This document shows, in pieces, positions 12,690 through 25,900 of a stretch of DNA of 64,000 nt. Every line of letters starts with the position of its first letter. Position 1 is the stretch's first letter. Below the pieces are notes generated by a model. It was not told the DNA's origin. It saw only the letters and a list, made by a program, of their open reading frames with translations, and did no database searches. A program made the position numbers and the translations under genes. The stretch is from Octopus sinensis (taxonomy: Eukaryota). The stretch lies in contig NC_043008.1 in assembly GCF_006345805.1 (NCBI RefSeq), forward strand, positions 56,234,001-56,298,000, written 5' to 3'.

Positions 12690-14010
12690 GCAACCTTCTT
12701 TAATTTCACAATGCTGCCACTGCTTACAGTAGCCCCATTTTTTTTATCAACCCCCAAAAGGATGAAAGGCAAAATTGAACTAGATGAAATGTCACTAAGT
12801 ATTTTGTCTGATGTCATAACAATTCTGCCAGCTTACTGTCCTAATAATCCTTTCTAGGCCTGAAATTTTGGGGATGTGGGCTAGTTGATTACATTAACCC
12901 CAGTATTTCACTGGTACTTAATTTATCAACCCCAAAAGGATGACAGGCAAAACCGACTTCGGCGGAATTTGAATTCAGAACATAAAGACGGATGAAATAC
13001 TCTAAGCATCTTGCCTGGTATGCTAACAATTCTACCAGCTCATTGCTTTTACTGCTTCAATAATTACAATTGTTGAGGCAGTGAGCTGGCAGAGATGTTA
13101 GCACGCCGGGCGAAATGCATAACGGTATTTTGTCTACCGTTACGTTCTGAGTTCAAATTCCGCCGAGGTTGACTTTGCCTTTCATCCTTTCAGGGTCGAT
13201 AAATTAAGTACCAGTGATGCACTGGGGTCGATGTAATCGACTTAATCCATTTGTCTGTCCTTGTTTGTTCTCTCTGTGTTTAGCCCCTTGTGGGTAGTAA
13301 AGAAATAAGTATTTCGTCTGCCGTTATGTTCTGAGTTCAAATTCTGCCCAGATCGACTTTGCTTTTCAACTTTTTGGGGTCGATAAATTAAGTACCAGTT
13401 GTGTACTGGGGTCAAACTAATCAGTTGGCTCCCCTCCTCAAAAATTTTGGGCCTTGTGCCTAGAGTAGAAAAGAATAGTTACAATTGTTTTTCAAATTTT
13501 TGTTACAAGGCCATCAATTTTTGGATGATGGGTTAGTTGATTAAATCAACCCCAGTGCTCAAATGATACTTACTTTATTGGATAGAAGATTAGCAGAATC
13601 ATTTGAGTGTGGGATCAGATGTCTTGCAGTATTTTTTCCAGAACCTTACATTCTGAGTTCAAATACCACTGAAACCAACTTTGCTTTTAATCCTTCTGAG
13701 ATCGATAAAATAAAGGAACAATCAACTACTGGGGTCAATATAATTGACGAAGCCCCGCATCTCAAAATTGCTGGCCTTGTACCTAAATGAGAAGCAATCA
13801 TTAAGAGTAGTAGTAGATTGGCTGAATCATTAGAGTGTCAGACAAAATGCCTTATGATATTTCTTTTGGTTCTTTACATCCAGAGTTCAAATCTTGCTGA
13901 GGTCAATTTTGCTTTTCGTCCCTCTGGAGATGATAAAATAAAGTACCATTTAAGTACTGAGCTTGGTGGTATTGACTGACACCTCACCACAAAATTGCTG
14001 GCCTTGTGTT
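12690..14010. mobile_element. Cluster of SINE-B copies in both orientations
   Basis: Minus copies at ~12690-12830 and 12851-13049; plus copies at 13075-13480 (dimer), ~13600-13790 and ~13815-14010. Confidence 0.85.
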
Positions 14011-14386
14011 TAAATCAGAAACCATTATTCAGATTAGTATTATTATTGTTGTTGTTACTGTTGTCATTACATATTATTATTATTTTTAGTATTCTGTATA
14101 CCATACTTAATGCAGACATACTGTTGGAAGCTGTGAAACTGCAGTATCTATCTGGAGATAGCATCTTGTTCAGACATATAGTGTTAAAAAACTCAGAAAT
14201 GTATCAGCAGGAGATGAAACATATCTAGTAGTGATGCTGTGTTTTTTAGCACTATAAATCTATACGAGGTGCTTTCTCAACAACTCTGTATTTGCATTTA
14301 GTATGATATACACAATGCTCTTTTGATCTAATACTGCTTCCATCGCTAATAACGAATATTTTTTTGTTTGTTTTTTTCTTTTTCAG

Positions 14387-14469
14387 TTTGTAAATATACA
14401 TGTCACAAAAAATGTTGTTTTAGATCGACAACTTCTTGTAAAGGTATTCCGACTCCCCGGGCCAATGAT
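14387..14469 (+). CDS. Myo9: Myosin-IX exon 6, C1 domain C-half (VCKYTCHKKCCFRSTTSCKGIPTPRAND)
   Basis: tttcAG / GTaagt, phase 1-0. Completes HX12CX2CX12CX2CX4HX2CX7C. Confidence 0.95.
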
Positions 14470-14763
14470 GTAAGTTTTCTTGTCTTTCTGTCAGTCTTTC
14501 GTACTTAGTTTCTTAATTTATTTTTGTTTTATGGAAATAAATAGATTTGTTTTGGTTATATTTGTTTAATATGAACATTCCATTTTGATGGAAAAATTAC
14601 TTTTCATGCACACATACACAGACACACACTTATGAATATATGCACATGTGCCTACACATGTATATATATATACACACAGTCACACACATACACACCCTTA
14701 TACATATATACACACACTGAGGTGCACACTTATATATAAATATACTTACATACACACACACAT

Positions 14764-14803
<40 letters not shown>

Positions 14804-15286
14804 TATATAAAATATATATATAAAATATATATAATTTTTACTAAATGCATTGTATTGACAATTATTTAATTATTTATTTAATTAACTAAACAATATAGAT
14901 TTACTTTTAGTAATGAAGCAGAAACATATGTCGGAAAATTATTTATTTATATGGATAAATAAATAAAGGATTATTATTAGATAGACAAAGAACATGCTGT
15001 CTCCTTAACTTCTTGGAGATTTTAGGTTTAATTATATTAATGTGTCCATCTGTTCTAATTTAATTAAATTAAATTCTATGTCTTTGTGCAGCTGAGGATT
15101 GCTCTGCATTTTAAATTGATGTAAGGATTGCATTGTTCAATTAAATGGAGTTGCATGAAACGATCGTACCTCTGGATATCCTTGTTGCTTATTTTGATAT
15201 ATATATTTATAGATAGATATATGCTAGAATTATGCTTACCAAATATTTACTGTTGGAATGATTCTTTCCCTTGTCTATTTTCACAG

Positions 15287-15479
15287 GGTTCAGTTGGAAA
15301 CAACCAAGTGTTTGGCTTTCCTCTTGAGTCTTTGATAACTGATGGAGAAAATGTGCCTTTGGTCGCTGAAAAGTTAATCTCAGCTATAGAACTACACGGT
15401 CTTTATACAGTTGGCTTATACCGAAAATGTGGTGCCGCTGCCAAAGTGAAGCAGTTGAAGAATGCAGTAGATGAAGAAG
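15287..15479 (+). CDS. Myo9: Myosin-IX exon 7, RhoGAP start (FGFPLESL...VPLVAEKLISAIELHGLYTVGLYRKCG...)
   Basis: tcacAG / GTgagt, phase 0-1. Arginine-finger motif GLYRKCG. Confidence 0.96.
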
Positions 15480-15752
15480 GTGAGTAGCCTTTACAGAAAG
15501 GAACGGACAGGGATGGCTCCTTTTTTGTTTTTTCTTTTTTAAAATTATTATTGTTATTATTTTTAGAAAAGTGCTTATGGCGTATTAATTACAACTGAAA
15601 TCCATCTGAAGTCAGCTTTACCGTTAATCCTTTTGGTGTTTAATAAAATAAAATACTGGTTGAGTATTAGGGTCTATTTAATCAAATCAGTGTACTCTCT
15701 TTATCCTCATCACTTGTGCCTATTGTAGAAAGAATTATTATTATTGTTATTA

Positions 15753-15794
<42 letters not shown>

Positions 15795-15804
15795 TATTAT
15801 TATT

Positions 15805-16168
15805 ATTGCCTCTGCCTTAGCAAAGGTGCCGGTACTGCTTTCAATTGTGTTTGTTCGTCCGTGGACAAGATATCTCAAGAACCACTGGATAGATTCGGAT
15901 GAAACTTTCAGGGATGTTTGGCCTCGTGACTGACAAGCACTGATTAGATTTTGGGATCGATTCAATTCCAGACAAGGATTCTGGATTATTTTTCCCGTTT
16001 TTTTTACTTAATTTCTGAGAGCAGTCGGGTTCACTTTTAGTATTCTCGTTTGTGAGAGCAGTTGAGTTTATTTCAGATATTCTCATTAAAAAATCATCTC
16101 CGACTAATCATTGAAAGGACATTGGTGTTACCTTGGCAGAGGTTTGCAATCTCTGAGTGCTCTTGTTG

Positions 16169-16233
<65 letters not shown>

Positions 16234-16594
16234 GCCTCTGCCTTAGCAAAGGTGCCGGTACTGCTTTCAATTGTGTTTGTTCGTCCGTGGACAAGATATC
16301 TCAAGAACCACTGGATAGATTCGGATGAAACTTTCAGGGATGTTTGGCCTCGTGACTGACAAGCACTGATTAGATTTTGGGATCGATTCAATTCCAGACA
16401 AGGATTCTGGATTATTTTTCCCGTTTTTTTTACTTAATTTCTGAGAGCAGTCGGGTTCACTTTTAGTATTCTCGTTTGTGAGAGCAGTTGAGTTTATTTC
16501 AGATATTCTCATTTAAAAAATCATCTCCGACTAATCATTGAAAGGACATTGGTGTTACCTTGGCAGAGGTTTGCAATCTCTGAGTGCTCTTGTT
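15805..16594 (+). mobile_element. Two tandem copies of a Helentron-associated (HINE/DINE-1-like) non-autonomous element, period 426 bp
   Basis: Subterminal inverted repeat CCTCTGCC (15809-16)/GGCAGAGG (16135-42), 3' hairpin gcaatctctgagtgc, internal gtttgttcgtcc...ggatgaaactt and gattagattttgg blocks. Embedded in (ATT)n. Confidence 0.75.
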
Positions 16595-16595
16595 G

Positions 16596-16647
<52 letters not shown>

Positions 16648-16716
16648 CATTATTAAGACATTGATCTGGCAGAGTTGTTAGTGTACGCCATTTAATTGGT
16701 TCCATTCTTCTTCCAG

Positions 16717-16845
16717 GTATTGAAAATGTAGACTTAGATGAATATCCAATTCACGTACTCACCACGACGTTGAAGTGTTTCTTCCGCGAGCTTCCAGAAC
16801 CCCTTTTAACATACGATCTTTATGATGATTTCATTCAAGCCTCAG
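16717..16845 (+). CDS. Myo9: Myosin-IX exon 8, RhoGAP (GIENVDLDEYPIHVLTTTLKCFFRELPEPLLTYDLYDDFIQAS)
   Basis: ttccAG / GTaatt, phase 1-1. K.FFRELPEPL RhoGAP signature. Confidence 0.96.
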
Positions 16846-16924
16846 GTAATTGATTCGCAAATAGACAAACTCTATCTATCTATCTATCTATCTATTCATC
16901 TATCCATCCATCCATCCATACATA

Positions 16925-17140
16925 CATACATAGTTAATCCGAACATGAAAACACAACAACACGAGGACATGGAATAAGTATAGTGTTATTGGACGCTCAG
17001 GAAAGGAAAGAAAGAAGGAGGATTTAATGTTTTGAGCGGAGTTCTTTGTCGGAAACATAGGAAAAGGAAAGATCTAAGGAAGGAAAGACGGAGAAAGAAA
17101 ATCGCCAACGATACACACGCGATCACATATTGAATGGTCA
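16925..17140 (-). mobile_element. Penelope-like terminal-repeat remnant with decayed hammerhead; partial sibling at 47405-47470
   Basis: Shares aaacacaacaac.cgaggac.tggaa.aagtatagtg.tattggacgctcaggaaagg with 47410-47470. Decayed core at 17024-17056. Confidence 0.45.
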
Positions 17141-17466
17141 CATACATACATACATACAAGAAAAAAAACTCAATGCTGCTTGGCTCTTTTTAGTTTACAC
17201 CTGTGTTCAGAGTTCAAATTTCACTTAGTTTCTCATTACCTTTTATCCACTCTACTCTAAAGTAGTACTGGATGCCACTTCTTTCAATCATACACTCTTC
17301 CACCTTAACGACCAATCATCAATTTAAGACATTTATTATCTATTCAAAAATGTACATTTACTAAAATTTCGACATTTTCTGTTAGTATGTCTGCTTGTCT
17401 GTGTACCTCTTTCTCTGTCTCACTCTCTCTCTCCCCCCTAACACTATCTCATGTTATTCTCTTCAG

Positions 17467-17572
17467 AAATCAAAGAGTCGGTAGAGGCCATCCAAGCTTT
17501 GTATGCAGTTACAGAACGTCTTCCCAAATCTAACTACCATTTATTTGAACGTCTCATATTCCATCTTGCCCG
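17467..17572 (+). CDS. Myo9: Myosin-IX exon 9, RhoGAP (EIKESVEAIQALYAVTERLPKSNYHLFERLIFHLAR)
   Basis: cttcAG / GTaagg, phase 1-2. LP..N...ERLIFHL motif. Confidence 0.95.
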
Positions 17573-19244
17573 GTAAGGAAAGAATGGTTTATTTCACTTC
17601 CATTTGATTCTAAAGCAACATCTGTGTCTGTACCAAGTGTGTGTGTGTGTGTGTGTGTGTGTAAGATAGGTATGTATCATGTGTACGCATATTCTATGTT
17701 TTATATGTCTGTATTAATATATGCATTACTATGTATGCATACAGCAGGTCCATTCATATGTTCATATGTACCAGGTATGCATATACAAGGTGTGCATATA
17801 CATACTCTATATGGAAGTCCTGAATATGACTTTAAACTGCATCAAGTAAAAAATCCTTAAATCCTTAAAAATGTTTCAGCTGCGGCCATGCTGGGGCACC
17901 CCTGGTTCGGAAGTTCCAGAATTTTGAGGAGTATGCTACCACTTCTTAGCTACTATTATCCTCAAGTTCACACTGACCCAGAGCAATAGCACCTATCAAG
18001 GTCTCAGCAACGGGTTAATTGGCATATTATCTCTTGCTTGCCTATGTGGGTGAAGACTGGATCTAGCGGGCTCTGTGGAAAGAAACCATCATAGCTCAGG
18101 GGAACAGAAGGTGGCTGCAGCAATGCATTGTGGGGTGCAGAGAGCAAAATGTGACATTTAAGACATCTTGGTCATCCACTGGACTCATCTTAATTCCAGT
18201 CATCTTCACCTGGTCTTGGGACTGAATTGAAGGTGGTCACATTCGAAAGAGGGAGGCTGCAAGTCATCAGTCAGGACTAGCTGACCAGATGCTCCTTCAG
18301 GATGACTATATGGTCCCTGTTGCTCCAATGGATGAAAATGATAACCATATACGTGTATGCATAAAGTGTATATATTTTTAGATTTGTGTGTATATCTCAG
18401 GTGTGTATATCCCAGCAAATATACACGAGGTGTGTATGTAATATGTACGTGTATTTATTTTTAGATTTGTGTGTATGCCTCAGGTGTGTATATCCCAGCA
18501 AATATACACACCAGATGTGTATGTAATATGTACGTGTCAGGTATCTGTGTGTGACGTATCAATGTACCAGGTGTATATGTACCTGATAAGCATGTGGCCT
18601 GGTGGCTACAAACGCATGGGGCATGTACCACATGTTAGTGTATCAAGTGTGCTATGAACCGAGTTGGTGAAAGTAAGTACCAAATATTTTCCAGGTACAC
18701 TTTCCCTACATTGTATCAGTTTCCAACAACTAAACCAGACATGGTCAAGCTTTTTCGAGAAGTGAGCCCCTTGAAACTTGGATCATCATTAGTCAAGCGA
18801 AACTACTAAAAACCAAAAAAAAAAATGAAGGCAATTTTTTATTAGACATGCCATTTTGAAAGTCTTTGCAAGCTACAGTTTACTCACGACAATACTAAAC
18901 CCTCATCAATTGAATCCACTCTGATGTCGGTAGTTACCATCGAGTGAGTGGTAGAGGTTACAGTTGTAAGTAGTTATTGTAGAATAGTAGAGTTTACTGC
19001 TGTAAATAGATACCACAGAGCAGCAGAAATTGCTGGTGCAAGTGGTGGGAGCACTATAAAATTGGTGATTTGTTAAACTGTAAATATTTTTCCTTTGTTA
19101 GACTGGCACCTTTTCCAAAAGGGTGGCATAAAAATGATTTTCTCATCTGTGTGGTTTTAAAAAAGTAATTATCATTTTTCGGGAAATATTGAATGAAATT
19201 TAATTAATATTTTGTTCTTCACATTTTTTTTTTTTCCAAAAAAG

Positions 19245-19376
19245 TGTGGCCCAACATGAAGACAGTAACAAGATGTCTGCCAATGGATTGGCAATCATTT
19301 TCGTTCCCTGTCTTCTGCGAACCAACAAGAAAATGCAAGCACAAGAATCTCTCCAGCAAGTGCCCAAACAATCTCA
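19245..19376 (+). CDS. Myo9: Myosin-IX exon 10, RhoGAP end (VAQHEDSNKMSANGLAIIFVPCLLRTNKKMQAQESLQQVPKQSQ)
   Basis: ccaaaaaAG / GTaagt, phase 2-2. NKMSANGLAIIF.PCLLR signature. Confidence 0.95.
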
Positions 19377-19701
19377 GTAAGTTCTGAAAAGTCTTCTTGT
19401 AGCAATCTGAATTCTCTACAGTTTTTACTTCACGTTTCATCTTCTCATCTCACATACAAAACTTTTTGTTGTTTGTTTGTTAGTTTGCTTTTTTGTTTTT
19501 TTTTTGCCTTCTTTTATTGTGTTGTTATTGTTGCTTAGCCCCTGGATCAGCTGTGACACAGTAGACCTGTGATCAAAGGTGTTCTTACCATGGCTGTTAT
19601 TATTGTCTTAGTGTATCAAGGACTACTATTGTCTGATGTGTTGTTCACTCCCCATTTTCTAAGGTGCTAATCTGTGGTTTTCTCCTTTCTTTCTTTTCTT
19701 T

Positions 19702-19738
<37 letters not shown>

Positions 19739-22704
19739 TTTCTTCTTCTTCTTCTTCTTCTTCTTCTTCTTCTTCTTCTTCTTCTTCTTCTTCTTCTTCT
19801 TCTTCATCACCATCATCATCATTTAATATCCACTTTTTCATGCTTGCTTGGATCAGGTGAAGTTTAATGAGGAAGATTACCTTCAGCCAGATTCCCTTTC
19901 TTGTCACTAAACCTCACCTGTTTCCAAGCCAGATGACATTCCCCCCAGTGCCAGACAATGCTTCCCACAGAATACGTGAAACAGTATTGCTTGCATGTCA
20001 GTGGCACTCATTAACAACCATCACATGATGTCTAGATGAGGGCACGCATGTATGCGTGCACACACAATTGAAAGAATTCTTCTTCTTCTTCTTCTTCTTC
20101 TTCTCCCCCTCCTCTCCACCTCCTTCCTCCTTGCTCTTCATCCTTATGCTGATAAATTAAGTGCCTGTGAAACACTGGGGTCAATGTAATCAACATTTCC
20201 CCTCCCCATAAATGGCTGCCCTTGTGGCAAAATTTGAAACCATTATTATTATTATTATTATTAAGGTGGTGATGTGGCAGATTCATTAGCACGCTGGGCG
20301 AAATGCTTAGAGTTATTTTGTCACTACGTCCCAAGTTCAAATTCCGCCAAAGTCAACTTTGCCCTTCGTCTTTTGGGGCTGATAAATTAAGTACCAGTTA
20401 CGCACCGGGGTCGATGTAATCGACTAGCCTCCTCGCCCCCCACAAATTTCAGGCCTTGTAGAAGAATTATGATTATTATTATTATTGTTATTATTTTGTT
20501 AAATTTGGAATTTAAAAGATATTGTATCAAAAATTGTCTAATAATGAAAAAGTGTGTTCTGTGAATAATGCAGGATTTTGACTGGGCAGATCAGTTCTAT
20601 TTTTTGTTGCTTTTTTTCTGTCTTTGTTTTTTCTTTTCGTCTTTTTTGTTTGTTTTTGTTTTTCTTTGAGTAGGTATTGTAGCCAACCACAAGGGGCAGA
20701 TTTTTCTAATGTAGCCAACAATTTAAGGTGGCATTTCCAAACGTGAGCGATCTCTTTTTGTCTGCGGAATAACTTTTGGACATGTTTCAGCTAACCTCCT
20801 TATTTCTATCTAAAAAAAAAAAGAAAAATTAAAAAATTAAAAAAAAGTAAAAGAAAAATGCTGTGTGAAGTTCCAAAACCTTTTCTACCCATTTCTCATC
20901 GTTCTTAATATCATAGTTGTAGTTTATATAATTTTACTCATTTATTTTTAATATCTTTTTCTCTGTTTATGAGATGCAGTTGTTTTCTTGTTGTTCCATT
21001 TTTTCCTTCCAAATATTTTCAATTGCATTATGTTCTATAAAATCCCTGGTTTGTATTTGTCTCTATTTTCTGTTTTCTTTCTGGCCAACCATTCTGAAAT
21101 TCTTTTACATGAAGATCAAATAAATAGTACCTTAAGTATTAACAAGTACCCCTTGTCTGGGTAACATTACTCAGTCGTACTTTCCTACTCTAGGCACAAG
21201 GCCTGAAATTTTTTGGTGGGGCAGGGCAGTTGATTAGATCAACTCCAGTACACAACTGGTACTTAATTTATTGACCCCCAAAGGATGAAATGTGAAGTTG
21301 ACCTCAGCGGAATTTGAACTCAGAACGTAAAGATAGACGAAATACCGCTAAACACTTTGCCCGGTGTGCTAACGTTTCTTATCTCTTTACTACCCACAAG
21401 GGGCTAAACACAGATGGGACAAACAAGGACAGACAAAGGGATTAAGTCGATTACATCGACCCCCAGTGCGTAACTGGTACTTAATCTATCAACCCCGAAA
21501 GGATGAGAGGTGAAGTCGACCTTGGCAGAATTTGAACTCAGAATGTAACGGCAGACGAAATACCGCTAAGCATTTCGCCCGGCATGCTAACGTTTCTGCC
21601 AGCTGTCTGCCTTCGAGTCAGTCATATATTCTTTTCTACTCTAGGCACAAAGCCTGAAATTTTTGGGGAGAGGGCCAGTTGATTAGATCAACCCCAGTAC
21701 ACAACTGGTACTTAATTTATTGACCCCAAAAGGATGAAAGGCAAAGTCGACCTCAGTGGAATTTGAACTCAGAATGTAAAGACAAGATGAAATACCGCTA
21801 AGCATTTTGCCCGGCGTGCTAATCATTCTGCCAGCTCATTGCCTTCAACTCAGTCATATATTTGCACAATCAAAGACATTACCCATCATGTCGTTTTTAG
21901 GGCTGTTTTGGACTGGATTATCTAATGTGTTCTTTGTATTATATTAAGATAGAAAGGGCTACAGATTTGACTGTTTTTGTTGTTGGTGTTGTTTAGTACC
22001 AGGTCAACCTTGATCCAGTAGACACGTGGTCAAAGACATTCCAGCCATGAACATCCTATCTTCTTTAAGGATATCTTGGACTACATTATCTAATGTGTCC
22101 TCTCTTTGTTGTTGTTGTTGTTTTTTAATAGATGGTATGGTGTGATTTAAGGGAAATTTGGCTGCTATTTCTTGCAGGTCTGGTGACCATTAAGAAGTTA
22201 CCCTAGTAGCTTGGTGAATACTAGCAACACACACGAGAGAAAAAATCTATAAGGGACATAACTCTAGATTTCCTTTTGCTTAACACGAAAATTCCATCAA
22301 ATTTTCATCCTTATTTCATTTTTATCATTTTCCCCTCTTCATCATCCCTTTATAAATTCATCTTTTGTATATGATATTATGCAACTTGTTGTGGTTGTTA
22401 TTGATGTAGTCTCTTTATATTAATTAGTTAATTTGTTTTGCATGATAGTGTTAATTAACTCAGCATGGTCAAATGGGGTAAAGGAATTATGAGGGGCTTG
22501 TGTTCAATCTTACCAGATGGCAAGTTCTGATTTCTGCAGAGTTTAGTTCTTGAGTCGGACAGAAGTGGAGTTCTGTTCTGTGTAGACCTTAGTTCTGGAA
22601 TGGAGTTCAATTCTTTGTAGACTTGCATGCAGCATGGCAATAAACAGCAGTACTGCATGTGTTTAGAAACCAAATTTCACTCTAGAAATTGTTGTTAAGC
22701 CTCA

Positions 22705-22928
22705 GACCAGCCCCTGCTGATTGACCAGCCCCTGCTGATTGACCAGCCCCTGCTGATTGGCCAGCCCCTGCTGATTGACCAGCCCCTGCTGATTGGCCAG
22801 CTCCTGCTGATTGACCAGCCCCTGCTGATTGGCCAGCTCCTGCTGATTGACCAGCCCCTGCTGATTGGCCAGCCCTTGCTGATTGACCAGCCCCTGCTGA
22901 TTGGCCAGCCCCTGCTGATTGACCAGCC
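22705..22928. repeat. 18-bp minisatellite G(A/G)CCAGCCCCTGCTGATT, 12.4 copies
   Basis: Units counted from 22705. A/G alternation from unit 3 gives a 36-bp higher-order repeat. Confidence 0.95.
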
Positions 22929-25900
22929 AGCCTTATGATCAAAGATTTGGCTACTATTTCTTACAGGTGAAGCAACGACAGAGAGGTTCCCTTGCTTTCC
23001 CGGAACCCCCAGTGAATACTATTGATACACAGGAGTGAAATCAAATGAGGCTGTACAATTCAAATGCAGACAGTGTATCATAATTAGTAGTAGTGGTAGT
23101 AGTGGCATTGATGGTGATGGTGATGGTAGTGGTAGCAGTAGCACCACCAATAGTTGTAGTAGTTGATGCAACAATGATAGTAGCAGTAGTATTAGCAGTA
23201 GTATTAGCGATTGTTCATGCTGTGGTAGTGATGAAGGTAGAAATAGTGCTACAACCAGTAATAGCTGTAGTTGGAGGAGAAGGAAGAGGAGTTGTAGCAG
23301 CAGTAGTAGTGATATTTACTTCCCTGCCTGCCAAAAACAGACACAGAAGTGTGATGTAGGCTCCAGCCTGGCGGCTCCTGTTAAACGGCGACAACAACAA
23401 CTTTGCAAATGTTTTATATATTTTCTTACATTTTTTTGACTGTTTTTTTTCCCTGTGTTCTTACTTGTTTCAGTCATTGGACTGTGGCCATACTGGAGCA
23501 CCACCTCAAAGGGTTTTTAATCAAACAAACCGATCCCAGTAATTATTTTTTAAGCCTGGTTCTTACTCTATTGGTCTCTTTTGCCAAACACTGCTTAAGT
23601 TACTAGGACATAAACAAACAAACATAAGCTATCAAGCAGTCATGGGGGTGGGGGACAAGCACAAACACATACACATGTACACACACACATACGTATTGAA
23701 GTAATCAATGTAATAAAAGCTGTATATTGACATAATTACTGGTATGGGATTGGTAGAATTTTTAGTGTTAGTGTAGTCCCCCCCCCCACTTTTATTAAAA
23801 TTCTGAATTGTAAACCTGTCAACATGAAATTTTCTTTTCACCCTTTCAGGGCCAATCAAAGAGAGTCCTAATCTGGTATGGGGGTTGATGATATTGGCTA
23901 ACTCCCTTCCTTCAAAATTGTTGGCATTATGACTAAATTAGAAACCTTTGTTATTGGAATCATTAGACTCTGGTAGAATCTGGTAGAATCATTAACTTTA
24001 AAGGCAGTGAGTTGGTGGAATCATTAGACTCTGGTAGAATCTGGTGGAATCATTAGAATCATTAACTTAAAAAGCAGTGAGCTGGTGGAATCATTACCAT
24101 GTTGGACTAACACTAAATAGCATTTCTTCTAGCTTTATGTCCTGGGTTCAAATTCTGCTGAGGTCAACTTTGCCTTTTGTACTTTTGATGTTGATAAAAT
24201 ACATTGACTCCAGTAAATTACTGGTTCATTGTAATTAACTTGCCCCTCCTTGCATATTTGCTGACCTTGTGCCAAAAATTACAAAGGCAGCTAGCTGGCA
24301 GAATTGCCAGCATACTAGGCAAAATGCTAAGTAACATTTCTTCCAGCTATCCATTCTGAGTTCAAATTCCATCAACATTAACCGATTCCTTTTATTCTTT
24401 CAAGTGTTGATAAAATAAGTACCAGTTGAGTACTGGGGTTGGTGTAGTCACCTAGCACCTTCCCATTAAATTTCAGGCCTTCTCTTCTGCCTATAACAGA
24501 AAAAATTATTATGATTTTGCTAAAAATTTGTTCACAGTTCTGTTTTGTTTTTCTACAAGGAACACACCAAGTATTCAAGGTTTTAGCCATATGATCCAAA
24601 ACACTTGTGCATTTCATAGTCACTGACTTACTTAAGTCCTTTGCTCCCTAAGGGATCTCCATTGGCAACTTTGCTCCCCTGTTTTCAACTCTGGGCTGTC
24701 TTTTCTGCTTCCTCTTTCGAATCTTGTTAGTTTTGAATTGTCCTCAATGCTTTTGTAACTTTGGTTTTTTTTCCTTGGTTGGACTATTGGGCCTATGCAA
24801 ACCCATTTTTGCTTCTGGGAAGAAGTGGTCTATATGAATCTGGCCTCTATTTTTTGACCCGTCCAGCATAAGAGGCCCTACCAACAGCTTGTGCTGTACG
24901 GGCATAACTCCTTGGGTCATTTAACTCCTAACATTTAAACCAGCCATATCTGGCTCTCAAATATCCTACTTACTCTGTGTTCAAATCAGCCAGGCCCAAC
25001 CTCTCACCTTACAATCTCTCTTTTAAATCAAATAATCGTCCATTAAAATCTTGAGGCTATAAGATAACACATGATTAATTCAAAACCAGTGTGAATAAAT
25101 AAGTGTTACATTTGAGTAATCTGAGTTCTAAAGAGTTAAGCATACAAGCTATCACGCTGTTGCAAGGACTGGACTTTGTGGTGTTGTTAGTCAATAGCTA
25201 TTGATTATTTGTTCCACTATATTCTATGGTCCGTTAAGGCAGCGAGCTGGCAGAGTCATTAGCACCCCGGGCAAAATGCTTAGTAGTATTTCGTCTGCCA
25301 CTACGTTCTGAGTTCAAATTCCGCCGAGGTCGACTTTGCCTTTCATCCTTTCAGGGTCGATAAATAAAGTACCAGTTTCGCCTTGAGGTCGATGTAATCG
25401 ACTTAATCCCTTTGTCTGTCCTTCTTTGTCCTCTCTGTGTTTAGCCCCTTGTGGGCAGTAAATAGATATATATTCTATGGTCTGTTATCTTTTGTTGTTA
25501 ATGATTCCAGTTACCTTGGTCTTTTTTTCCTCCATGTTATTATTTTTGCATGTATAGTATAGCGTTGTTGATGTTGTTGTTGTTGAATGGTATTTTCCCA
25601 TGGTGCATCATGTCTTGATATCATTGATTATTATCACTGCATTTTGTTGTAAGAGAGAGGAGTGTAGAAATAGATTTTTTTTTTGTTCCTTCTTGAGCCA
25701 TGCCTGGCTCATAAGGGCCAGTTTCCCGGTTTCTTAGCATATAGGTTCCCCACCTGGATGGGACGCCGGTCCGTCACAGGTGAGCTGCAAGATGCAGGAG
25801 GAAAGAGTGAGAGAAAGTTGTGGCGAAAGAGTCAGCAGAAGTTCACCATTACCTTCTGCCGAAGCCACGTGGAGCTTAGGTGTTGTCGCTCATAAACACA

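Noticed and set aside
22440-22680. Unique intronic stretch as a possible extra Myo9 exon
   Set aside because: The candidate acceptors tried give immediate stops or no suitable donor, and exons 10 and 11 already join in phase.
22682-22942. (AGAGQS)n ORF
   Set aside because: Translation of the 18-bp minisatellite.
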